Assembly: GCA_038850615.1 (NCBI GenBank)
Contig: JAWCLR010000006.1
Location: 1 to 49,474, forward strand
DNA length: 49,474 nt
Source of the DNA: Candidatus Woesearchaeota archaeon
GTDB taxonomy: Archaea; Nanobdellota; Nanobdellia; Woesearchaeales; ARS49
Direction of reading: 5' to 3'
How positions within the stretch are numbered: the first letter of the stretch is position 1; every line of letters begins with the position of its first letter. Made by a program: the position numbers and the translations under genes. Positions 43,803-49,474 of the stretch are shown here, in pieces. Under the pieces are notes generated by a model. It was given only the letters and a program-made list of their open reading frames with translations. It ran no database searches and had not been told where the DNA came from.

Positions 43803-44510
43803 ATGGGCTTGATGGGTTTTATGGAAGCAATGGGCACAAGCAGCATTCCTGTAATTGCCGCTTTTTTTATAGGGCTGATGACTGCAATAAGCCCGTGCCC
43901 TCTTGCAACTAACATAACCGCGATTGCTTATGCGTCAAAAAGGATTGGCAACAGCAGGCATACTTTGGCTGTTGGCTTGTTTTACACGCTGGGCAGAATG
44001 TTCACTTACGTGGCGCTGGCTTCGCTGATAGTCTGGGTTGGGATTAATACCCAGGTGATTTCCCTGTTTTTGCAAAAGTACGGTGAAAAAGCAGTTGGTC
44101 CGCTGCTTATCCTGATAGGGCTGGTAATGCTTGACATAATCAAGTTCAGGTTTTTAAGGGAGAACAGGCATGTTGCAATGCTTAAGGAAAAGCTCGCAAA
44201 CAGCGGGCTTCTGGGCGCATTTTTGTTAGGTGTGATATTTGCCCTGGCATTTTGCCCTTTCAGCGCTGTTTTGTTCTTTGGCATGCTTATTCCTATTGCC
44301 TTGAAAGCAGGTGACGGCCTGGTAATACCTGCTGTTTTTGCTTTTGCAACAGGGCTTCCTGTGATATTGTTCTCATTTTTGCTTGTGTACAGTGTTTCAA
44401 GGCTTGGTGCAGTAATGAACAAGGTGCAGGTTTTTGAGAAATGGACAAGAAAAACAGTTTCTGTTGTTTTTTTGGGTATAGGTATTTATTACACAATCAT
44501 AATGTTTTAG
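43803..44510 (+). CDS. DsbD/CcdA-family transmembrane thiol-disulfide transfer protein
   Basis: Six TM helices, with LMTAISPCPLATN in the first helix and ALAFCPFSAV later. The start lies 1 nt after the upstream stop. Confidence 0.75.
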   Translation: MGLMGFMEAMGTSSIPVIAAFFIGLMTAISPCPLATNITAIAYASKRIGNSRHTLAVGLFYTLGRMFTYVALASLIVWVGINTQVISLFLQKYGEKAVGPLLILIGLVMLDIIKFRFLRENRHVAMLKEKLANSGLLGAFLLGVIFALAFCPFSAVLFFGMLIPIALKAGDGLVIPAVFAFATGLPVILFSFLLVYSVSRLGAVMNKVQVFEKWTRKTVSVVFLGIGIYYTIIMF

Positions 44511-44520
44511 GGTGAAAAAA

Positions 44521-45636
44521 ATGGAAAAGAAAGACTTAAGCATGATGGTGTGGATTGCAGTGGTATTTGCAATTTTGTACTTTGTGCCCTCAAATACTGA
44601 CTGGTTCAGGACGTCAGTGCTTTCTGCTTTTGACCTGCTTCATGATTATGCAAAAAAGCATGTTCTCACTTGTCTTGTTCCTGCGCTTTTTATTGCAGGC
44701 GCCATTGCAGTATTCATTCAGAAAGAAAGAGTAATGAAATACCTCGGTCATGAGGCCAAGAAATATGTTTCTTATGGTGTTGCTTCTGTTTCTGGCGCGA
44801 TTCTTGCAGTGTGTTCTTGCACCATTCTTCCTTTGTTTGCAGGGATTCGCAAGAGAGGGGCTGGTTTGGGTCCGGCAATCACGTTCTTGTTTGCAGGTCC
44901 CGCGATTAATATTGCTGCAATTTTTCTCACGATGAATGTTTTAGGAGTGAAAATTGGGGTGGCAAGGGTAGTTTCTGCAATTGCTTTGTCAATCATTGTG
45001 GGCATCACAATGCAGGCAATCTTCAGGGAAAAGCCTGAAAGGGAAAAGCTTGTAATTCAGGAAACAGAGGAGTCAAGGATGTCAAATATTGTTCTGGTTG
45101 TTTTTTTCGGGCTGATGCTTAGCGTGCTTGTGGTTAATGGGGTGCAAATAAGCCAGATGCTGAAGTATTCGCTTATGCTGGTTTTCACACTGGGTGTTGT
45201 GGGTCTTGTTTTGTGGAAGTTCAGGGACCATGTTGTCAAGAAATGGATTGAGGAAACATGGAATTTTTCAAAAATGCTTATTCCCTTGCTTTTTATCGGC
45301 GTGTTTATTGCCGGTTTCATAATGCCAATAATCCCCCAAAGTGTGATTGAGCAGTTTGTTGGACAAAACACGCTTTTGGGAAATCTTGTTGCATCAGTTT
45401 TTGGGGCGTTTATGTATTTCTCAACGCTGACAGAAATTCCAATCCTGCAGGCATTGATTGCAAAAGGAATGTCTTCTGGTCCTGCTCTTGCATTGCTTCT
45501 TTCAGGACCAAGCCTAAGTTTGCCAAACATGCTAGTAATCCGGAAAGTTCTGGGAACCACTAAAACAATTGTTTATGTTGCTCTCGTGATTGTTTATTCG
45601 ACACTCGCAGGACTTGTGTTCGGCTGGATTGCATAA
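44521..45636 (+). CDS. Permease of the ArsP/YraQ (PF03773-like) family
   Basis: SGAILAVCSCTILPLFAG motif, GPAITFLFAGPAINI, and a duplicated 4-5 TM halves architecture. A GGTGA lies upstream of the ATG at 44521. Confidence 0.75.
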   Translation: MEKKDLSMMVWIAVVFAILYFVPSNTDWFRTSVLSAFDLLHDYAKKHVLTCLVPALFIAGAIAVFIQKERVMKYLGHEAKKYVSYGVASVSGAILAVCSCTILPLFAGIRKRGAGLGPAITFLFAGPAINIAAIFLTMNVLGVKIGVARVVSAIALSIIVGITMQAIFREKPEREKLVIQETEESRMSNIVLVVFFGLMLSVLVVNGVQISQMLKYSLMLVFTLGVVGLVLWKFRDHVVKKWIEETWNFSKMLIPLLFIGVFIAGFIMPIIPQSVIEQFVGQNTLLGNLVASVFGAFMYFSTLTEIPILQALIAKGMSSGPALALLLSGPSLSLPNMLVIRKVLGTTKTIVYVALVIVYSTLAGLVFGWIA

Positions 45637-45640
45637 AAAA

Positions 45641-45713
45641 CGCCCGCGCCGGGATTTGAACCCGGGTCGGGACCGCGACAGGGTCCCATCCTAGGCCGCT
45701 AGACTACACGGGC
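45641..45713 (-). tRNA. tRNA-Asp (anticodon GUC)
   Basis: Hand fold of the reverse complement: acceptor GCCCGTG/CGCGGGC (one G-U); anticodon stem GGACC/GGTCC with loop CTGTCGC; T arm CCGGG-TTCAAAT-CCCGG; discriminator G. Confidence 0.88.
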
Positions 45714-45949
45714 ATTAGTTCTGACGAAGAAATGAATGCTTTTTAAACCTTTTGTGCCAAAAAAGGAATAAAACAAATAATGCTGATAACGCGGACTGCC
45801 GTCCGAGACACGTAACGATAGGTCATTGCAATTCTATTAATTACGACGAACTCGCAAGGCTGAATAGAATTCGCCTTGCAGAGTGAGGAGCGTCTTGATG
45901 CGAGCGTAGCGAGCCGCAAAGGAGTTTGCTGCTTTGACTTCACGTGTTT

Positions 45950-46780
45950 TTATTTATGGAATTTCTGGTAAACTACTTCTTCCGGCTTTACCATGTTGTG
46001 GATGAGCCAGTTGTAGCTGATGACGTCTGTTTTTTCGCCTTCCTTGATTTCTATCTTTATTGGCAGGCCTGTTTTTGAGTCAAGGCGGAGTATTACAATG
46101 CTTGGCCCCTCCTGGAAGTGTAGGACAGGATTTACGAGCCTCCACCCTGTTGGCTCCCTGATGTACTGGTCTGTTGTTTCTGCAAGTATTGGTTGCGCGT
46201 GCGAGAATCGCGTGAGCCAGTCTTCTGGCAGGTAGGGGTTGTACTGGTCGTAAGGAAGGCTTATTGGCACGTCAATGAGTTTTGCGCAGGCGCTCCTGTC
46301 AGGGTCAAACTCGCCCATTATTTCCTTTTCCCTTCTTGGGTCGCAGTAGCCGACTGCTTCTTTTGAGGCGCGGTCAATGTAAATGTCTGTTATTGCAACA
46401 GGGATTGTGTTGTTTATTTTTATGCTTGGCCTTTCAATCTTTTCCAGCTTTACTCTTGCCAGTTGTCCGCGAACAAGGTATTGTGTCTTGCCCTTGAATG
46501 CTGAATAGCTTGTTATGTTCTGCCTGAGCTTCAGCAGGGCGTCGGAAATGTGGCTGCCTGGCGGCATTTGCGGAATAATGGTCTTGTTTATTCGTGGCAA
46601 GGTCCTGTTTTCATACCTGTCGCATATTTGGTTTGGTTCTGAGTCAAGGCAGCAGTCTCCTGGCTCATACTCATAATATGGCGGCTTGCATTCTGATACT
46701 GTAAGGTTTTGCTGCGGAATAATGACTGGCTGGCATGCAATAAGGACGATTAATGCCAAAAAGACAGCAATCGTGCGCAT
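45950..46780 (-). CDS. Secreted/lipobox protein, function unknown
   Basis: MRTIAVFLALIVLIAC followed by a Cys-containing N-terminal stretch (CKPPYYEYEPGDCCLDSEPNQIC). The ORF-track GTG start at 46831 adds 17 aa before the signal peptide. Confidence 0.6.
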   Translation of the reverse strand: MRTIAVFLALIVLIACQPVIIPQQNLTVSECKPPYYEYEPGDCCLDSEPNQICDRYENRTLPRINKTIIPQMPPGSHISDALLKLRQNITSYSAFKGKTQYLVRGQLARVKLEKIERPSIKINNTIPVAITDIYIDRASKEAVGYCDPRREKEIMGEFDPDRSACAKLIDVPISLPYDQYNPYLPEDWLTRFSHAQPILAETTDQYIREPTGWRLVNPVLHFQEGPSIVILRLDSKTGLPIKIEIKEGEKTDVISYNWLIHNMVKPEEVVYQKFHK

Positions 46781-46827
46781 AGGACTGCCTGTTTTTGCGG
46801 GCTTGCTAATAAAGGTTGCGCTGGCAA

Positions 46828-47193
46828 TCACCGCCTTAACTGCGCAATTATGTCAGTCACGTTGATTGTCATGTTTTTTGCGGGCTCTTCGAGCTGTGCA
46901 ATCACTTGTGCAAGCTCGTTCAGCTTGAAATCGCAGGTGCTGAGCACTGCTGTTGCGTTTGCAAGCATTTCACCGCACCCGCTGAGCCTTGCAGTGCATT
47001 CCGCAAGCAATTCCCGCGCATTGGGCTGTACTGGGCAGCCCTCAAGCGTGTCAGAAACAGTGTTGTCATAGCACTGGTATTTTGTCACAGTCACTATTTT
47101 CTCTGTGGCGCAGGCGCTTAACAAAACAAGCAAAACAACCAAGACCAAAAATGCAGTTCTCAATGTCTCACCAGCCCTGCCCGAATTCTGCAC
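46828..47193 (-). CDS. Small secreted/lipobox protein with coiled C-terminus
   Basis: LVLVVLLVLLSAC lipobox, six further Cys, and ELAQVIAQLEE. Confidence 0.55.
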   Translation of the reverse strand: MQNSGRAGETLRTAFLVLVVLLVLLSACATEKIVTVTKYQCYDNTVSDTLEGCPVQPNARELLAECTARLSGCGEMLANATAVLSTCDFKLNELAQVIAQLEEPAKNMTINVTDIIAQLRR

Positions 47194-47205
47194 TACTATT
47201 TATGC

Positions 47206-47799
47206 TTATGGTTTTTGCACGATGAATTCAATGTTTTTTCCAAGTATGTTTCCTTTTTTGATGATAAAGCCTTGTTTTTTCAGCAGTTTTCTCAGTTCCC
47301 AGCAAGTGAAGAAGTAATAATAGCGCTGGATTGTTTGTTTTGGCAATTTCCACGGCACCATTTGTTCTTTTTTGCCAAGAATGAAGCGTGGTTGGAGCTT
47401 GTTCCAGACCGCAATTCCTGCCATGCCTGCCGGCTTGAGTACTCTTTTGATTTCTGATAAAGCCTTTTCGTGGTCTTTTGGCTTCAGGTGGTGCAGAACA
47501 GCAAGGCAAATCACGTAATCAAAGCTTTTGTCAGGAAAAGGCAGTTTTGTTGCACTTGCGTAGAGTAGTTTTGCTTGAGGAAGTCTTTGTTTTGCTATTT
47601 TTATGAGTTCTTTGCTTGAGTCGATTCCGTAACACTTGAATCCTTTTTCCATGAAGGGTTTTAGGTTTCTTGCGTTTCCGCAGCCAATGTCAAGGATTTT
47701 GCCGGGCTTCCACGTGCTTGCAAGCCTGACTGCAAATTCTACCGGCTTTTGCCTGTGCCTGTCCCATTCTTTTGCTATCTTGTCCCATTCGTTTGGCAT
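47206..47799 (-). CDS. Class I SAM-dependent methyltransferase, Trm9-like
   Basis: WDRHRQKP, ILDIGCGNARN (motif I), FDYVICLAVLHHL and GIAVWNK follow the order seen in Trm9/ALKBH8-type methyltransferases. The ORF track starts at 47820, but the TATA box at 47822-47829 favours the ATG at 47799. Confidence 0.7.
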   Translation of the reverse strand: MPNEWDKIAKEWDRHRQKPVEFAVRLASTWKPGKILDIGCGNARNLKPFMEKGFKCYGIDSSKELIKIAKQRLPQAKLLYASATKLPFPDKSFDYVICLAVLHHLKPKDHEKALSEIKRVLKPAGMAGIAVWNKLQPRFILGKKEQMVPWKLPKQTIQRYYYFFTCWELRKLLKKQGFIIKKGNILGKNIEFIVQKP

Positions 47800-47821
47800 A
47801 GCAAAGTGATTGTTCAGCATG

Positions 47822-47830
47822 TTTATAAAA
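47822..47830. promoter_or_regulatory. Palindromic TATA box shared by the divergent Trm9-like and elp3 genes
   Basis: TTTATAAAA lies 23 nt from ATG 47799 on the minus strand. It also lies 23 nt from 47853, where the elp3 reading frame opens on the plus strand. Confidence 0.45.
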
Positions 47831-47894
47831 TAAGCCCTTTCAGAATTGGGTAAATCCCCGCAAGCCCGTAAGGACCAGGTCTGGTGTTACTCCT

Positions 47895-49217
47895 TTGGCT
47901 GTTGTGGCTATGCCTTATCCCTGCCCGCACGGAAGGTGCATTTATTGCCCTAAAGGCAACACTGCGCCGCAGAGTTATCTTGATGAGAGTCCTGCTATTA
48001 AGCGCGTTTCTGGAATGAATCATGATTCTAATAAGCAGGTGCGTTCACGGCTTGAGATGTTTAAAGGAATGGGTCATCCGACCAGTAAGATTGAGCTTAT
48101 TTTCATCGGAGGAACTTTTTTGGCATATCCTGAGGAGTATCAGGAAAAGTTTGTGAAAGGGTGCTTTGATGCGCTTAATGGCTTTGAAGGCGCAACTCTT
48201 GAGGAGGCAAAGAAAGCAAATGAGACTGCAAGTCACAGGTGTGTTGCTTTGTGCATTGAGACAAGGCCTGACTGGGCATTACCTGAGCATATTGACAGTG
48301 CTTTGCGTTTTGGTGCTACAAGGATTGAGCTTGGAGTGCAGATGCCTGATGACGAAATTTACAGGAAAATAGCGCGCGGACATACTGTAAAGCACGTTAT
48401 TGAGGCAACAAAGTATTTGAAAGATGCAGGATTCAAGGTCGGCTATCACATAATGACAGGCTTGCCTGGCAGTTCGCCTGAAAAAGACTTGGAATTGTTT
48501 ACGAAATTGTTTGAAAATCCTGATTTTCGTCCTGACCAATTAAAGATTTATCCGTGTCAGGTCATGGAAGGCACTCCTTTGGCAGAATTGTGGAAAAAAG
48601 GAGAGTATTCTGCTTATGAAGAGCCTGTTTTGATTGAGTTATTGGCAAGAATGAAGCAGGTTATTCCACCTTATTGCAGGGTTATGCGCATGATGCGACA
48701 ATTCCATCCAAAAAACGTTTTGGCAGGAAATTACAAGAGCGACTTAAGGGAAGATGCAAAGGCATGGTTGACTGCAAGAGGGCTGAAGTGTTCTTGCATC
48801 AGGTGCAGGGAAGTTGGCTTTCAAAAAGGAAAAGTGAAAGATGATGTCAAAATTAATGTTCTTGAGTATGAAGCAAGCAATGGAAGGGAGTTTTTCATTC
48901 AGGCAGTTAATTCTGACAATGTTTGTTTTGGCTTGTGCAGGTGCAGGATTCCCTCAAACCCATGGCGTCCTGAAATAACAAAACAAACTTTGCTGGTACG
49001 AGAACTTCATATTTATGGCAAGGAAACCGAGCTTAACGAGGAGGCAAAGTCAGTCCAGCATAGAGGGCTTGGAAAACAACTGATGCAGAAAGCAGAGGAA
49101 CTGGCAAAAGCAAACAAGTGCAGCAGAATTGCAGTTATTTCCGGCGTTGGAGTCAGGGAGTATTACAGAAAATTAGGTTATGAACTTGAAGGAGAATACA
49201 TGGTTAAGAAATTCTGA
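47895..49217 (+). CDS. elp3: Elp3-family radical SAM / GNAT enzyme (tRNA U34 cm5 modification)
   Basis: AMPYPCPHGRCIYCP radical-SAM cluster motif, IELGVQ, KIYPC, and a C-terminal GNAT QHRGLGKQLM. The conserved KPVRTRSGV segment is encoded in frame upstream of the first canonical start (frame open from 47853). Confidence 0.88.
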   Translation: MAVVAMPYPCPHGRCIYCPKGNTAPQSYLDESPAIKRVSGMNHDSNKQVRSRLEMFKGMGHPTSKIELIFIGGTFLAYPEEYQEKFVKGCFDALNGFEGATLEEAKKANETASHRCVALCIETRPDWALPEHIDSALRFGATRIELGVQMPDDEIYRKIARGHTVKHVIEATKYLKDAGFKVGYHIMTGLPGSSPEKDLELFTKLFENPDFRPDQLKIYPCQVMEGTPLAELWKKGEYSAYEEPVLIELLARMKQVIPPYCRVMRMMRQFHPKNVLAGNYKSDLREDAKAWLTARGLKCSCIRCREVGFQKGKVKDDVKINVLEYEASNGREFFIQAVNSDNVCFGLCRCRIPSNPWRPEITKQTLLVRELHIYGKETELNEEAKSVQHRGLGKQLMQKAEELAKANKCSRIAVISGVGVREYYRKLGYELEGEYMVKKF

Positions 49218-49230
49218 AGAATAAAAAAAT

Positions 49231-49474
49231 ATCCCCGCGGCCGGATTCCTTCGAGAGCTTTGCTCGAGAAGGTCCGGGAACGAAGTGACCGGATGTTCAA
49301 ATCCGGTGAGAAATAATGTTGCAAGGGCGTTTAAGCCCCTGCAAATAATCCCCGCGGCCGGATTCCTTCGAGAGCTTTGCTCGAGAAGGTCCGGGAACGA
49401 AGTGACCGGATGTTCAAATCCGGTGAGAAATAATGTTGCAAGGGCGTTTAAGCCCCTGCAAATAATCCCCGCGG
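49231..49474. repeat. 117-bp tandem repeat, two identical full copies plus the start of a third, truncated by the window edge
   Basis: 49231-49347 is identical to 49348-49464, and 49465-49474 restarts the unit. Each unit has three strong hairpins (49241-49277, 49288-49307, 49321-49342 in copy 1). Confidence 0.9.

Noticed and set aside
45743-45943. ORF 45743..45943(-), 66 aa
   Set aside because: There is no start context and the composition is odd (R/S/I/C-rich). It spans the hairpin-rich intergenic region, so it is more likely non-coding.
49288-49307. tRNA-like T-arm (GTTCAAATCC) inside the 117-bp unit, i.e. tandem tRNA or split-tRNA genes
   Set aside because: The stem closes as ACCGGAT/ATCCGGT around a 6-nt loop, not as a 5-bp stem around a 7-nt T-loop. 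I could not find a complementary acceptor stem, D arm or anticodon arm on either strand.
49231-49474. Possible CRISPR array at the right edge
   Set aside because: The whole 117-bp unit is repeated identically, with no unique spacers between short repeats. The period and structure do not fit CRISPR, and there are no cas genes in the window.

Overview
This is an archaeal chromosomal fragment. The evidence is the gene set: S6e, S19e, L31e and L39e ribosomal proteins, TFB, family-B DNA polymerase, Cbf5, Pth2, an archaeal-type signal peptidase, AMP phosphorylase and Elp3. Gene packing is tight, with many 1-4 nt overlaps and TATA boxes about 23 nt from start codons. That style, plus Lys/Glu/Pro-rich tails on ribosomal proteins and many secreted Cys-rich or lipobox proteins, suggests a small-genome DPANN-like archaeon; this is inference only, no search was possible.

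Housekeeping genes include cbf5, polB, rps6e, pth2, signal peptidase, thrS, rps19e-rpl39e-rpl31e, ileS, tfb, a DEAD-box helicase, AMP phosphorylase, elp3, and tRNA-Ser(UGA), tRNA-Val(GAC) and tRNA-Asp(GUC).

Accessory modules:
1. A MoxR / double-vWA / coiled-coil membrane cluster (1-5745).
2. A six-gene plus-strand operon at 21.5-26.4 kb. It encodes two secreted Cys-rich repeat proteins that share a C-terminal FFRxIWxW motif, a YD-repeat lipoprotein, an Mtq2-like methyltransferase fused to a kinase-like domain, a hypothetical protein and an MGMT-like protein.
3. An eight-gene thiol/redox ars-like operon (41.2-45.6 kb) that includes an unlisted 42-aa Cys-rich micro-ORF.
4. An Elp3 / Trm9-like methyltransferase divergent pair, with a Trm112 micro-gene elsewhere in the window.

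Non-coding observations I consider most worth follow-up:
- tRNA-Val and tRNA-Ser are each followed about 60-70 nt downstream by an exact copy of their own 3' end. In both cases the copy is preceded by a homologous 28-nt block containing a hairpin with a compensatory base change.
- A perfectly identical, strongly hairpinned 117-bp tandem repeat runs off the right edge.
- Three apparent frameshifts all sit in simple-sequence tracts.

I saw no rRNA, CRISPR array, transposase or integrase. All functional calls come from motif recognition in the supplied or hand-made translations. No database search was run.
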